A model generated the notes under the pieces. That model saw only the letters and a list, made by a program, of their open reading frames with translations, was not told where the DNA came from and ran no database searches. A DNA stretch of 64,000 nt from an uncultured Eubacteriales bacterium (GTDB lineage: Bacteria; Bacillota; Clostridia; Peptostreptococcales; Anaerovoracaceae): contig ONHU01000002.1 in NCBI GenBank assembly GCA_900317675.1, forward strand, positions 10,697-74,696, in the 5' to 3' direction. Both the position numbers and the translations under genes were made by a program. Below are positions 20,970 through 31,965 of this stretch, one piece after another. The number at the start of each line of letters is the position of its first letter. The first letter of the stretch is position 1.

Positions 20970-22328
20970 ATGGCCAAGACCAGATTTATAACAGGCGAAC
21001 GCAGGGATATCTTCCTGTACAGTACAAGAGTAGAGAATCTTTTCATTAACGAGTTCCTTCCGGATGCTCCGGGGGACTGTGTTAAGGTGTTTCTTTTTGG
21101 TCTCATGTACGCCCAGTTCAATCAGGAGATAGACTCCAGGACAATGGCGCTCACACTCGGAATGACCGAAAAGGATGTCGATAATGCCTGGAAATACTGG
21201 GAAGCCAGAGGTCTGGTCAGCTATATCAGAGGAGCAGACGAAGGAAGCACTGAGATCAGATTCATCAGGCAGATAGAGCAGTTCTATGGAAAATCCTACG
21301 AAGAGCCTGCCGGGGAACCTGAAACCGAAGAAGCAGGCGCTGATGAGAGCGCAGAAGAGATCATCGAAAGAATCACCAATCAGCATCTCAGAGCGATTTT
21401 CCACAAATACCAGGATCTGACCGGAAGGACGATTTCCAGGGTGGAAGCCGGCAAACTCACAGACGCGATCAAGGAGTACAATATCGAGCCGGACGTTCTG
21501 GATTTTGCCATAGATTACTGCGCGGGAATAGATAAATACAGCGTAGATTATATCTTCAAGGTGGCTCTGCGCTGGACGGAAGACGGAGCGAGAGATGTCT
21601 CGACAGTCAAGCAGATGCTCGACAGACGCAGCAAACGAAATGACGCGTACAGAAAAGTCTTTTCAGAGCTCGGCTTCAGCAGGCTTCCGAATCCATCCGA
21701 CCGCGAGATCATGGACAGATGGTTCGATGTTCTCGGATGCTCGCTCGCTGATGTCCTGAATGCCTGCAAGGCAGCCGGAGGAATGAGAGAGCCTAATCTG
21801 AGATATGTGAACAAGGTCATAGAAAACAGGATCCTTGAAAAAGGCGGCGTTAATACGCGCACAGCGGAAAAAGCGCGCAATGCAGCGCAGGACGCGCCGG
21901 TCACCCAGCCGGCAGCGCCTGAAGAGATGGCTAAGGTCAGCCGCAAGGTCCTGAGAGACTACTATGAATATATAAGAAACGAAGAGGATGCAGCGCACAG
22001 AAACAGAGTAGCTGAAGTGACAGCCGCGCTGCCTTCCATGAATGATATTTTTACCGCCGAAGCCCGTCTGAACAGTGCAGTGATCACTATGAAGCCGGGA
22101 CCGGACGCAAAAGAAAAAAGACAGCAGTTAAAGATCAGAAGACAGGAGCTTGAGGAATCCAAGAAAGAGCTCCTGACAAGCAGCGGTTATCCTGAGGACT
22201 ACCTTGAACGGAAGTACAGATGCAGTATCTGCCGGGATACCGGATATACAGATGAGGGAAGGGTCTGCACATGCGCAAAGGAGCGTGCAGAAGAGGCTTA
22301 TAAATGGATCCAGAAAAGAAACCAGTAG
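20970..22328 (+). CDS. DnaD/DnaB_2-domain replication protein with C-terminal Cys4 element
   Basis: 452 aa. DnaD-like repeats (DYIFKVALRWTEDG..., LRYVNKVIENR). C-terminal CSICRDTGYTDEGRVCTC. Confidence 0.6.
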   Translation: MAKTRFITGERRDIFLYSTRVENLFINEFLPDAPGDCVKVFLFGLMYAQFNQEIDSRTMALTLGMTEKDVDNAWKYWEARGLVSYIRGADEGSTEIRFIRQIEQFYGKSYEEPAGEPETEEAGADESAEEIIERITNQHLRAIFHKYQDLTGRTISRVEAGKLTDAIKEYNIEPDVLDFAIDYCAGIDKYSVDYIFKVALRWTEDGARDVSTVKQMLDRRSKRNDAYRKVFSELGFSRLPNPSDREIMDRWFDVLGCSLADVLNACKAAGGMREPNLRYVNKVIENRILEKGGVNTRTAEKARNAAQDAPVTQPAAPEEMAKVSRKVLRDYYEYIRNEEDAAHRNRVAEVTAALPSMNDIFTAEARLNSAVITMKPGPDAKEKRQQLKIRRQELEESKKELLTSSGYPEDYLERKYRCSICRDTGYTDEGRVCTCAKERAEEAYKWIQKRNQ

Positions 22329-24214
22329 AGGTATATGCTGAAAAGGGCGAGACAAAGCTGCCGGAAGTAGATCCGGATGAGCTGAAGGCTTTGGCTTTAG
22401 CGTACGCTAAATATCTTGCCGAGCACGATATGGAGCCTGGTGAGCCTACTTTTACAGACACGATACCTGAAATACCTGAAACTGAGAAAACAGAAGAAAC
22501 TGAACCCGTGGCAGAGACCGCGGATACAGCAGATCAGACCGAAGCAGCTGAAGAACCTGCTGAACCTGAAGAGGCAGAGCAGCCTGCTGAAACTGAAAAG
22601 AACGAAAAACCGCAGAAAAAAGACAGGAAGAAACAGAAAAAGGTCCGTGCTGACAGAAAGTCGCGCAAAATGTTTGCTGCGGCCGAATTATCTCAGGAGC
22701 AGATCACGGCACTTGCCGAGGAACTGGAAAAAGCAGGCAGAAAGACCGGCTTCATGGCGCGAGTGATCGACTTCCATGACAGACTCCAGAACAATGATGA
22801 AGAAGCCGGAATGAAAACAAGGCAGAATTTCATCAAAGCCTCGCACAACATCATCTCAACTTACCGCCAGTCAAGAAGGACGATCGGCATCGCCCTTCTC
22901 CTGATCGGTATCATTGCGGCTGTTATTCTTGCTGTTTTTGACAGATATACAGTCTATGAGTACGCATACAACGGCATGACTCTCGGTTATGTCAGCAGCC
23001 AGGAAGAAATAACCGATGTTCTGGATGTAGCCGGAACGATGATGACACAGAATTCATCCGGAGGGACTGAGATCAGTTTCACGGCCAACAAGAATGTGAC
23101 GTTCAAACTGGTCGACGGCAGAGACAAGAGTCTGGACGATGCGGATACGGCATTAAATAAACTGGTCTATATGACGGATATCGAGACGGAGGCATTCGGC
23201 GTATACGACGGAGACAAGCTTGCGGCTGTAGTGAAGAGCAACGAAGACGCTGAGGAACTCCTTGCTGATGCGAAAGCTGTTCTGAGCGAACCGGATGAGG
23301 GCATGAAGATCGTTTCGGCAGACTTCACCAATCAGCTGGATATCAGGCCGGTCAATGTACTGCTGACAAGCGTCCAGAGCAATGAGGATGCGCTGGAAAT
23401 GATGATCGAAGGCGGCAGCATGGAGATCTATCATATCGTTGAGGAAGGCGAGGACGCCAATAGCCTGTCAGCGGCATTCGGTACAGATGCTGCGAACATT
23501 TTCAACGAGGACAACAGCGAGACAGCGTCCGAAATAAGACAGGGAGACAAGGTCTGCATCCATGAGATCGTCGATCCGGTCAGTGTCAAACTCGTTGAGA
23601 CAGGCAGGATGAAACAGACCATCGAATATGATACGGTCAAAGAGGAATCCGAGGACTACTACAAAGGAGACACCCATACAGCGCAGGAGGGTGTTGACGG
23701 AATCCAGATCTTTGAAGGTACTCTCTACAAGATCGGAGGAAAGGTCTCCAGAAGAGATGCCAAGAGCATAGAGACAGTTAGAGAGAAGCAGGACAAGATC
23801 ATTCTGGTCGGTACAGCGGAAAGACCGAAGACTGCGCCTACGGGAACATACAGGATCCCGACTGAAAACTATATTATCTCGTCCAACTTCGGACCTAGAT
23901 GGGGACGTCTGCATTCCGGTGTGGATATGGCGGCGCCGGGAGGCACACCAATCTATGCTACTGACGGCGGAGAGGTAATCAGAGCTTCATATTATTCCGG
24001 CTACGGTAACTGTATAGATATTGACCATGGCAACGGAAGAGTGACCAGATACGGACACTGCAGCAAGATCCTTGTAAACGTAGGAGATATGGTATACCAG
24101 GGGCAGCTGATCGGACTTGTAGGAAGTACCGGAAACAGTACAGGAAACCATCTCCATTTCGAGATACGTTTCAACGATGTCCCTACGGATCCAAGACCAT
24201 ATCTCGGTATATAA
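22304..24214 (+). CDS. Membrane-anchored M23 (LytM-type) metallopeptidase with a G5-like domain
   Basis: 636 aa. Acidic/K-rich cytoplasmic N-terminus, one transmembrane helix (IGIALLLIGIIAAVILAVF), HSGVDMAAP...GNHLHFEI. The start may lie downstream, since the ORF overlaps the previous gene by 25 nt. Confidence 0.8.
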   Translation: MDPEKKPVEVYAEKGETKLPEVDPDELKALALAYAKYLAEHDMEPGEPTFTDTIPEIPETEKTEETEPVAETADTADQTEAAEEPAEPEEAEQPAETEKNEKPQKKDRKKQKKVRADRKSRKMFAAAELSQEQITALAEELEKAGRKTGFMARVIDFHDRLQNNDEEAGMKTRQNFIKASHNIISTYRQSRRTIGIALLLIGIIAAVILAVFDRYTVYEYAYNGMTLGYVSSQEEITDVLDVAGTMMTQNSSGGTEISFTANKNVTFKLVDGRDKSLDDADTALNKLVYMTDIETEAFGVYDGDKLAAVVKSNEDAEELLADAKAVLSEPDEGMKIVSADFTNQLDIRPVNVLLTSVQSNEDALEMMIEGGSMEIYHIVEEGEDANSLSAAFGTDAANIFNEDNSETASEIRQGDKVCIHEIVDPVSVKLVETGRMKQTIEYDTVKEESEDYYKGDTHTAQEGVDGIQIFEGTLYKIGGKVSRRDAKSIETVREKQDKIILVGTAERPKTAPTGTYRIPTENYIISSNFGPRWGRLHSGVDMAAPGGTPIYATDGGEVIRASYYSGYGNCIDIDHGNGRVTRYGHCSKILVNVGDMVYQGQLIGLVGSTGNSTGNHLHFEIRFNDVPTDPRPYLGI

Positions 24215-24280
24215 AAAAGACTTCGTCGGCCCTGCCTTCAGGGCGGGGCCCCGGAGAATCAAACATCCTGGGGAGACCTG

Positions 24281-24859
24281 ATGTCAAAAGACACTGAAAG
24301 ATACACAAGCTATAATGAATACAAGGCCGCGGACGCGATGTCTGAGCTTTCTCCTGAAGATCAGGAGCTGGCGGAAAAGATCGAAAAAAGGCGGATCCGC
24401 AGCAGGAGAATAATAAAGCGCAGAAAACTGCTGATGGTCTCAGCCACCATCGTTCTTTTCGCTGTGCTTCTGACAATGTGCGGGCGCGAGATCGTCAGGC
24501 TCAAGGCAGAGAACCTCTCCCTCAGAAGGCAGCATACGCAGCTTCTTGAAGAGAGAGACCGTCTGCAGAAGGAGCTTGAGAATGTAGACAACAAGGAATA
24601 CATAAAAGATCAGGCCCGCAAGCAGCTCAGACTCCTCGATCCGGGAGAACTGGTCTTTATATTCGAAGACGGTGAGCCGGGGAAGGAAGCTGAGGCTGAA
24701 AACGAAGACGGCAAGGAAGAGAAAGATAATACTGCGCCAGATGCTATTAATATGGCTGATATCATCTCGCAAGGCGTCGATCAGGCTGTGATCGACGGAC
24801 AGTCTGCCGCAACGGAAGCAGTGGAAGAGTACGAAGAGTATGAGGAAGATGAGGAGTGA
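24281..24859 (+). CDS. Septum formation initiator family protein (FtsB/DivIC-like)
   Basis: 192 aa. One transmembrane helix, a coiled coil, then KEYIKDQARKQLRLLDPGE. Confidence 0.7.
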   Translation: MSKDTERYTSYNEYKAADAMSELSPEDQELAEKIEKRRIRSRRIIKRRKLLMVSATIVLFAVLLTMCGREIVRLKAENLSLRRQHTQLLEERDRLQKELENVDNKEYIKDQARKQLRLLDPGELVFIFEDGEPGKEAEAENEDGKEEKDNTAPDAINMADIISQGVDQAVIDGQSAATEAVEEYEEYEEDEE

Positions 24860-24865
24860 TGACCT

Positions 24866-25474
24866 ATGATCAGATACACTGACGAAGGAAAGCTCCGCAT
24901 AGAAAAGGCGATCATCGTCGAAGGGCGTGATGACGCAGATGCTGTATCAAAAGCCTGTGATGCCATGATCATCACTACCCATGGAGCCGGCATCAGGCAG
25001 GAGACATGGAAGGTCATAGAAAAAGCATACAGAGAGACCGGGATCATCATCCTGACAGATCCGGATCACGCCGGCGAAGAGATCAGACGCAGACTGACTG
25101 ACAGGTTTCCTGAGGCGATCCAGTGCTGGATGGCAAGAGAGGATGCCGTTCTCGGCGATGATATCGGTGTTGAGAATGCCAATGCAGCGGCTATACAGGC
25201 AGCACTGATAAGAGCGGCCGAGCTGCGCGAAGCGGCAGAAGGCGCAGCTTCTCAGGATAACGGCCGCGCTGAGGACAGGGAGGTCACAGCAGAAGATCTT
25301 TCGCGGCTGGGACTTTCCGGCACTGAAGGCGCAATGGAACGCAGGGCGGCAGTCTGCGATAAACTCGGGATCGGATACTGTAATTCCAGAATGCTGATCA
25401 AAAGGCTCAGGGGCTTCCGCATAGGATACGAAGAACTGCGCAGGACAGATGCGCTTGTAAACGGAGATAAATGA
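24866..25474 (+). CDS. rnmV: Ribonuclease M5 (Toprim)
   Basis: KAIIVEGRDDADAV...IIILTDPDHAGEEIRRRL. Directly upstream of rsmA, as in Bacillus. Confidence 0.85.
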   Translation: MIRYTDEGKLRIEKAIIVEGRDDADAVSKACDAMIITTHGAGIRQETWKVIEKAYRETGIIILTDPDHAGEEIRRRLTDRFPEAIQCWMAREDAVLGDDIGVENANAAAIQAALIRAAELREAAEGAASQDNGRAEDREVTAEDLSRLGLSGTEGAMERRAAVCDKLGIGYCNSRMLIKRLRGFRIGYEELRRTDALVNGDK

Positions 25475-26337
25475 GTAAGAATAAAAGAAACAGCAGAAAG
25501 AGTCATGTCCCGGCAGGAGCCGGTATCAGGCCGGTCAAAAGCCTCGGACAGAACTTTCTCATAGATGAAGAGGTCATCGGGAGAATCGTAGAGGGAAGCG
25601 GGATCAGCAAGGACACCCTTGTGATCGAGATCGGTCCGGGAACAGGCGCACTCACGCTTCCTCTTGCAGAAGCAGCGGGACATGTCACGGCGATAGAGCT
25701 CGATGAAAGAGTCATTCCGGGACTCAGGGTCAAGACCTTCAGCCTTGGAAATGTGGATATTATACATGAGGATATCCTCAAAACAGACCTGCAGAGGCTT
25801 ATTTCTGAAGGGCTTGAGAAGTATGGTCTGAAAGAAGTCAGGATAGTTGGCAATCTGCCTTACTACATCACGACGCCGATCATCATGAAGCTTCTCGAAG
25901 AGCATACCGGCGCGGAAAGCATCACGGTCATGATGCAGAAAGAGGTTGCTGACAGAATCGCTGCTGAACCGGGGACAAAACCAGCCGGCGCGATAACATA
26001 TTCCGTCCACTACTATGCGGACGTAACAAGGATAACAGACGTCGGAAGAGAATCTTTCTATCCGGCACCGAAAGTCGATTCTGCTGTCCTGAGACTGGAC
26101 CTGAGGGAGGAACCTCCTGTAAAGGTCTCGGACATGGATCTGTACTTTAACTGTATAAAGGCAGGCTTTTCACACAGGAGGAAAACACTCCTCAACTCGC
26201 TTATGTCCCTTGGAGGATATGATAAAGCCGAGATAGAAGCTGCGCTTCACAGATCGGGCATAGAACCGGAGCGCAGAGCAGAAAGCCTGAGCATGGAGGA
26301 ATTCGCAGAACTGGCGGATTCGCTCAAGGAGGCATAA
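25471..26337 (+). CDS. rsmA: 16S rRNA (adenine1518/1519-N6)-dimethyltransferase
   Basis: 288 aa. LGQNFLID, EIGPGTGALT, GNLPYYITTPI. Confidence 0.9.
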   Translation: MSKNKRNSRKSHVPAGAGIRPVKSLGQNFLIDEEVIGRIVEGSGISKDTLVIEIGPGTGALTLPLAEAAGHVTAIELDERVIPGLRVKTFSLGNVDIIHEDILKTDLQRLISEGLEKYGLKEVRIVGNLPYYITTPIIMKLLEEHTGAESITVMMQKEVADRIAAEPGTKPAGAITYSVHYYADVTRITDVGRESFYPAPKVDSAVLRLDLREEPPVKVSDMDLYFNCIKAGFSHRRKTLLNSLMSLGGYDKAEIEAALHRSGIEPERRAESLSMEEFAELADSLKEA

Positions 26338-26338
26338 A

Positions 26339-28444
26339 TTGCGAAACATCGAAAAACTGAAATGGGTCCTGTCGCTGATCCTATCTCCGCTGAGGAGACT
26401 GGGAAGCGAACTGGCAAGAGTTTTTCTGAAAATATTCCCTAGAAGAGCAGCGAAATATTTCGATGCTGATCTTCATGAGGTCAAATATATCCTGTGGATG
26501 GCATTGTATGCTTTTGTCATCAATCTGTACATCGAGACCTTTGCGAGACTGCAGACAGGAATCACGGAAGGCATCAGGTGGGCAGTGACCCATCCGGTCA
26601 TTTTTCTCTACAACATGCTGATCATATTCAGCACCATGACACTGGCGCTTCTTTTCAAAAGAAGGCGCTTCGTATGGTTCATCATCTCGCTGGTATGGGT
26701 CATTATCGGATCCGTCAACGGCGCTATTCTTCTTTCCAGGATGACCCCATTCACTCTGTATGATATGCAGAATTTCGCCGACGGACTTACCATCATGACT
26801 ACATATTACAGTATGTGGCAGATCATTCTCGGCGCGGTCGTCTTAGCTCTCGGCACGATAGCGATCGTCATGATATTCATCAGAAGCGAGAAATGGAGAA
26901 ACATCAGGTACAAAAAGAGTATCGCTGCTATTCTGGTCACTGCCGCGCTGACGGCAGGTGCAACGGCAGCCATGATTAACACAGGTACCATCGGAACATT
27001 CTTCGGAAACCTCAACTATGCTTACAGGGACTACGGGATGCCTTACTGTTTTATCATGACATCTGCTAACGCGGGCATCTCAAGACCGAAAGGCTATTCA
27101 GAAGAACTGATCACAGACATTCTCGAGAATAAGACGGAAAAAGGAACGGATACCTTGCTTACGAGGAAAAACGACAGCAAAGAGCATCCGAACATCATCG
27201 TGCTTCAGATGGAATCTTTTACCGTGGCGCAGGATTACGCCAATATCGAGGTGGACCGCGATCCTACACCGGTATTCAACGACCTGTATAAGAAATACAC
27301 TTCCGGAAGCTTCACTGTACCTGCATGCGGAGCGGGAACAGCCAATACGGAATTTGAAGTGCTGACAGGTATAAGCGCTAAATTCTTCGGGCCGGGAGAA
27401 TACCCTTACAAGGGGAAGCTGCGCAAGAAGACTCTTGAGAATATGGCGTATGTCGCCAAGAGCCACGGATACCGTACAAGCGCGCTTCACGACCACAGAG
27501 CCCTTTTCTATAACCGCAATGAAGTATACGCCAATATGGGTTTTGATACTTTCACATCCGTCGAGTATATGAACAATGTATCGTTTACGCCGACGAACTG
27601 GTGCAAGGATACTGTCCTCACAGGAGAGATAATGGATATTATGCGTTCCAGCGAGGAGAGAGACTTCCTGCATGTCATCTCTGTAGAGGGACATGGCGCG
27701 TATCCGACAGAAAGAGTCTTTAAGAATCCTTATACAACAGTCACCTGTGACGATGAAGAAACTAAATGGAAATATGAATACTATCTCAATGAGTGTCATG
27801 AGATGGATACCTTCATCGGAGAACTCATACAAGCGATCGAAGAAGCTGATGAGCCTACAGTAATGATCATATACGGCGATCACATACCGGCTCTGGATGT
27901 CAAGGAAGAGAACTACAAAGCGGACAGCCTGTATCAGACGAGATATGTCATCTGGGACAACATCGGTCTTCAGAAGGAAGACAGAGACATCACGTCCTAT
28001 CAGAGCGGAGCGATCCTCCTTGAAGATGCCGGTCTCGTCCATGAGGGGATCCTGTTTGACTATCAGCAGACCACATCCCAGGACGATCCAGACTATCTCG
28101 AGGATATGGAAGCTCTTGCATACGATATGCTGTACGGCAAAAACTATGCTTTCGGCGGAAGCACACCTTACAAGACTTCGGACATGAAGATGGGTCACAA
28201 GGATATCAGTATCGAGGAGGTCAAAAAGATCGGAGACAGATACTATATCAGAGGAAACAACTTCACCGAGAGATCGATCATCAGCCTCAGAGGCAAGCAG
28301 CTTTCGACTGTATACCTGTCGCCTACACTGCTGGCACTGACAGAAGAAGTGGATCCGGATGACATTGAGCTTCTGGAGGTAAGCCAGGTCGATAAGTCTG
28401 AAGAAGAGATCCTTACGACAGTAGGCGCGAATGAGGAATTATAA
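26339..28444 (+). CDS. LTA-synthase-family membrane sulfatase/phosphoglycerol transferase
   Basis: 701 aa. About 5 N-terminal transmembrane helices followed by a sulfatase-type domain (NIIVLQMESF...TANTEFEVLTG). TTG start. Confidence 0.72.
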   Translation: MRNIEKLKWVLSLILSPLRRLGSELARVFLKIFPRRAAKYFDADLHEVKYILWMALYAFVINLYIETFARLQTGITEGIRWAVTHPVIFLYNMLIIFSTMTLALLFKRRRFVWFIISLVWVIIGSVNGAILLSRMTPFTLYDMQNFADGLTIMTTYYSMWQIILGAVVLALGTIAIVMIFIRSEKWRNIRYKKSIAAILVTAALTAGATAAMINTGTIGTFFGNLNYAYRDYGMPYCFIMTSANAGISRPKGYSEELITDILENKTEKGTDTLLTRKNDSKEHPNIIVLQMESFTVAQDYANIEVDRDPTPVFNDLYKKYTSGSFTVPACGAGTANTEFEVLTGISAKFFGPGEYPYKGKLRKKTLENMAYVAKSHGYRTSALHDHRALFYNRNEVYANMGFDTFTSVEYMNNVSFTPTNWCKDTVLTGEIMDIMRSSEERDFLHVISVEGHGAYPTERVFKNPYTTVTCDDEETKWKYEYYLNECHEMDTFIGELIQAIEEADEPTVMIIYGDHIPALDVKEENYKADSLYQTRYVIWDNIGLQKEDRDITSYQSGAILLEDAGLVHEGILFDYQQTTSQDDPDYLEDMEALAYDMLYGKNYAFGGSTPYKTSDMKMGHKDISIEEVKKIGDRYYIRGNNFTERSIISLRGKQLSTVYLSPTLLALTEEVDPDDIELLEVSQVDKSEEEILTTVGANEEL

Positions 28445-28497
28445 AAAATGAACAGGCGACGGCTGCGTATCCGAACCGCGGGTACGGCTTTCGCCTC

Positions 28498-28521
28498 GTG
28501 CCGGCTTATTGCAGCCGGCAC
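28498..28521 (+). terminator. GC-rich hairpin downstream of the ltaS-like gene, in the rho leader
   Basis: GTGCCGGC-ttattgca-GCCGGCAC. No clear U-tract. Confidence 0.35.
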
Positions 28522-28570
28522 CTATACACCTTTCTTAAGTACCCAATCTTAAAATGGAGGACTGGAATTT

Positions 28571-29824
28571 ATGTCTGAAGAACAGATCAATGAAATAACA
28601 GAAGAAGTGAAGACGGAAGACGCTGAGGATCAGGTTCCGGCTGAGGCCGGCGGGGAGAAGCCTGAAGCTGCATCAGCTGAAGCAGCAGAAACAGAAGAGA
28701 TCCAGGAGGAAAGACCTGAAGTCGAAGGTATCCTTGAGATCGCCGAAGACGGCTTTGGCTTTCTGAGATTCGACAACTTCCTCACTTCCAATAAAGATAT
28801 CTACGTATCCAACAGTCAGATCAGGCGTTTCGGACTGAGGACCGGGGACAAGATCCACGGAATCACCAGAAAACCACGCGCCAATGAGCGCTTCGGAGCG
28901 CTTTTATACGTCAAGTCAGTAAACGGCATGGACCCGGGTGCTTCCAGAAGGCGCCCTCACTTTGATGATCTGACACCGGTTTTCCCTGACGAGAAGATCG
29001 TGCTGGAGAATTCAAGCATTGACCTTTCGACACGTGTCATGGATCTTGTCGCGCCGATCGGCAGAGGACAGAGAGGACTGATCGTCGCTCAGCCGAAAGC
29101 CGGCAAGACCGTACTGCTCAAGAAGATCGCCGCTTCCGTGGAAGCAAAGTATCCGGATATCGAGCTGATCGTACTGCTCGTTGACGAAAGACCTGAGGAA
29201 GTCACTGATATGAAGAGAAGTCTTCAGCGCGGCGAGGTGATCTATTCGACTTTTGACGAGGAGACAAAACACCATGTCAAGGTCGCGCAGATGGTCATCG
29301 AGAGAGCCAAGAGGCTGGCCGAGTCCGGCAAGGACGTTATGATCCTTCTGGATTCGATCACGAGGCTGGCCAGGGCTTACAATATGGAAGTACCTTCCTC
29401 CGGAAGGACGCTTTCCGGAGGACTCGATCCGGGCGCGCTTCATCCGCCTAAGAAGTTTTTCGGAACAGCCCGCAATCTTGAAGAGGGCGGAAGCGTAACG
29501 ATACTGGCAACAGCGCTTGTAGATACAGGAAGCCGTATGGACGACGTGATCTACGAGGAATTCAAAGGTACAGGCAATATGGAGCTTCATCTTGACAGAC
29601 AGCTTTCCGAGCGCAGGATATTCCCTGCGATCGATCTGTACAAGTCAGGGACCAGACGTGAAGATCTGCTTCTCACGCAGGAGGAATATCAGGTCATGTT
29701 CATGCTGAGAAGAGCGATGTCTTCGGGTTCTGTGCAGGATATTACGGAAGAGATCATAGACAATCTCTCAAGCACTAAGAGCAATCAGGACTTCGTGAAC
29801 TTCATGCTCAAAAAAATGAGGTAG
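28571..29824 (+). CDS. rho: Transcription termination factor Rho
   Basis: 417 aa. Acidic N-terminus, [14 protein letters not shown], Walker [17 protein letters not shown]. Confidence 0.92.
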   Translation: MSEEQINEITEEVKTEDAEDQVPAEAGGEKPEAASAEAAETEEIQEERPEVEGILEIAEDGFGFLRFDNFLTSNKDIYVSNSQIRRFGLRTGDKIHGITRKPRANERFGALLYVKSVNGMDPGASRRRPHFDDLTPVFPDEKIVLENSSIDLSTRVMDLVAPIGRGQRGLIVAQPKAGKTVLLKKIAASVEAKYPDIELIVLLVDERPEEVTDMKRSLQRGEVIYSTFDEETKHHVKVAQMVIERAKRLAESGKDVMILLDSITRLARAYNMEVPSSGRTLSGGLDPGALHPPKKFFGTARNLEEGGSVTILATALVDTGSRMDDVIYEEFKGTGNMELHLDRQLSERRIFPAIDLYKSGTRREDLLLTQEEYQVMFMLRRAMSSGSVQDITEEIIDNLSSTKSNQDFVNFMLKKMR

Positions 29825-29836
29825 ACAGCGGCTACA

Positions 29837-31936
29837 ATGGCAAAACTTGATTACAGCAAAATTTTCATAAAAGAGGCCTGCCCGACATCGATCGGCGGAC
29901 AGGCTGTAATGGAAGGGGTCATGATGCAGGGCCCTGAGAGGATCGCGCTCGCTATGAGACTTCCGTCAGGCGAACTGTATCTCAAGACAAAACTGAGACC
30001 AACCGATCCGCCGGCGATGAAAGTGCCGGTCGTAAGAGGCGTGGTTGCTTTTGCGCGATCTCTGATCAACGGCATGACCACGCTGATGGAATCCGCTGAC
30101 ATTCTCGAGAAATTCGCGCCGGAAGAATACGCCGGTGAAGAGTCTCGCCTTGAGAAGTGGATCAACAGCAAATTCGGACAGAGGGCAGCATGGAACATCC
30201 TGATGACGATTTCTCTGGTGATCGCGGTCGTCATCTCCATAGCTCTGTTCGTTATATTCCCGACCTGGGTCGTCAATTTCCTTGGCAGATGGATCGCCAG
30301 CTCGCTGGTCCTCAATCTGATCGAAGGAGTCCTCAGGATACTGATTTTCATCGGATATATCCTTCTGATACGGCGCATGGATGAGATCAACACGCTTTTC
30401 CGCTATCACGGAGCCGAGCACAAAACGATACACTGCTATGAGAACAATCTGGAGCTGACGCCTGAAAACGCTCAGCAGTTTTATACCCTCCATCCGCGGT
30501 GCGGGACAAGCTTCCTGTGCTTTGTGCTGATCATCAGCCTGCTGCTGTTCAGCTTCCTGGGATGGCCGAACCTGCTGCTGCGTATCCTTTCAAGGCTGCT
30601 TCTGATCCCAGTCATCGCGGGGCTTAGCTATGAACTCCTCAAATGGGCCGGAAGATCCGACAGCCGCATCGTCAGGATCCTGAGCTATCCGGGTCTGATG
30701 CTTCAGAAACTTACAACCGCAGAACCGACAGATGAGCAGCTTGAAGTCGGGATCCTTTCGCTCAAGGCGGTGCTGGTGGATAAGGACATGCCTGTGATCG
30801 AAGGCTTTGTCGACAAAGACGGCAAGATGATCGGGGACTCATTCTGGAAACCGGGCTCAGAGGTCATGAGCCGGAAGCTTCCGGATGATGAAGAGGAGAT
30901 CACCGCGGCAGACGAAGAGAGCATCAACGAGGCAATCAGATTTCTTGATGATCTTGACGAAGAAGGATATGAAAAAGTTGAAGGTCCATCCGGAGACGGG
31001 GTATCGCTGCCTCAGGCAATAGCGGATCACTTCCAGGAGGAGGCTAAATCCTCCATCCTCCAGAGACGCTTCACTGCAGATATCAAAACGATAGAAAACG
31101 CCCTTAACTGGGGCCGCGCTGCGCTCAGTATGGTAGAAAACGGCAGGAATGAAGCCAGGATCATACTTCAGTACGCAACGGGACTCACACAGTCTGAACT
31201 TATCACCAAGAGCAAGGAACTGATGGACGATGACGATTTTGAAGAATATGAAAAACGCATCCATGACAGACTGACCGGAACACCGCTTCAGTACATCCTC
31301 GGGATGCAGGAATTCATGGGACTGCCGATCAGGGTCAATCCGTCCGTGCTGATCCCGAGACTGGACACCGAGGTCGTCGTTGAAGAGGCGATCCGTATCA
31401 TCCGGGAAAAAGGCTGGAATCACCCTGATATCCTGGATCTGTGCACGGGAAGCGGAGTCATAGGCGTGACCATCGCGTATAAAATCCCTGAGGCCATCGT
31501 CACAATGACAGACTTGAGCGAGGATGCGATCCGTACTGCGATGAGCAACGCCGAGCTCAATGAAGTCAACCGCAAGTGTGTCTTCCTGCAGGGCGATATG
31601 TTCGACGCGCTTCCTGCAGACAGACAGTACGATATGATCATAAGCAATCCGCCATACATTGAATCCGATGTGATAGACACTCTGAGCATAGAGGTCAGAG
31701 AACACGAGCCCAAAATGGCGCTTGACGGAGGAAGCGACGGCCTGGATTTCTACAGGATCATAGCCGAAGACGCAAGTTCCCACTTAAGATCGGGCGGCGT
31801 ACTGGTCCTCGAGATAGGAGCAGAACAGGCGGGATCCGTCAAGAGACTTCTCATGAAGAACAAGGCCTGGGACAATATCCGCAAAATACAGGATCTTGCA
31901 GGGCTGGACAGAGCGATCATCGCTGAAAGAATGTGA
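29837..31936 (+). CDS. prmC: Fusion protein: DUF1385 membrane domain plus release-factor glutamine methyltransferase PrmC
   Basis: 699 aa. N-terminal half has IGGQAVMEGVMMQG and HGAEHKTIH...HPRCGTSF (DUF1385). C-terminal half has LQYILG..F, LIPRLDTE, DLCTGSG, ISNPPYI (HemK/PrmC). Confidence 0.85.
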   Translation: MAKLDYSKIFIKEACPTSIGGQAVMEGVMMQGPERIALAMRLPSGELYLKTKLRPTDPPAMKVPVVRGVVAFARSLINGMTTLMESADILEKFAPEEYAGEESRLEKWINSKFGQRAAWNILMTISLVIAVVISIALFVIFPTWVVNFLGRWIASSLVLNLIEGVLRILIFIGYILLIRRMDEINTLFRYHGAEHKTIHCYENNLELTPENAQQFYTLHPRCGTSFLCFVLIISLLLFSFLGWPNLLLRILSRLLLIPVIAGLSYELLKWAGRSDSRIVRILSYPGLMLQKLTTAEPTDEQLEVGILSLKAVLVDKDMPVIEGFVDKDGKMIGDSFWKPGSEVMSRKLPDDEEEITAADEESINEAIRFLDDLDEEGYEKVEGPSGDGVSLPQAIADHFQEEAKSSILQRRFTADIKTIENALNWGRAALSMVENGRNEARIILQYATGLTQSELITKSKELMDDDDFEEYEKRIHDRLTGTPLQYILGMQEFMGLPIRVNPSVLIPRLDTEVVVEEAIRIIREKGWNHPDILDLCTGSGVIGVTIAYKIPEAIVTMTDLSEDAIRTAMSNAELNEVNRKCVFLQGDMFDALPADRQYDMIISNPPYIESDVIDTLSIEVREHEPKMALDGGSDGLDFYRIIAEDASSHLRSGGVLVLEIGAEQAGSVKRLLMKNKAWDNIRKIQDLAGLDRAIIAERM

Positions 31937-31965
31937 TCACCGGAGAAAAGCGGGGGACGCAAACT

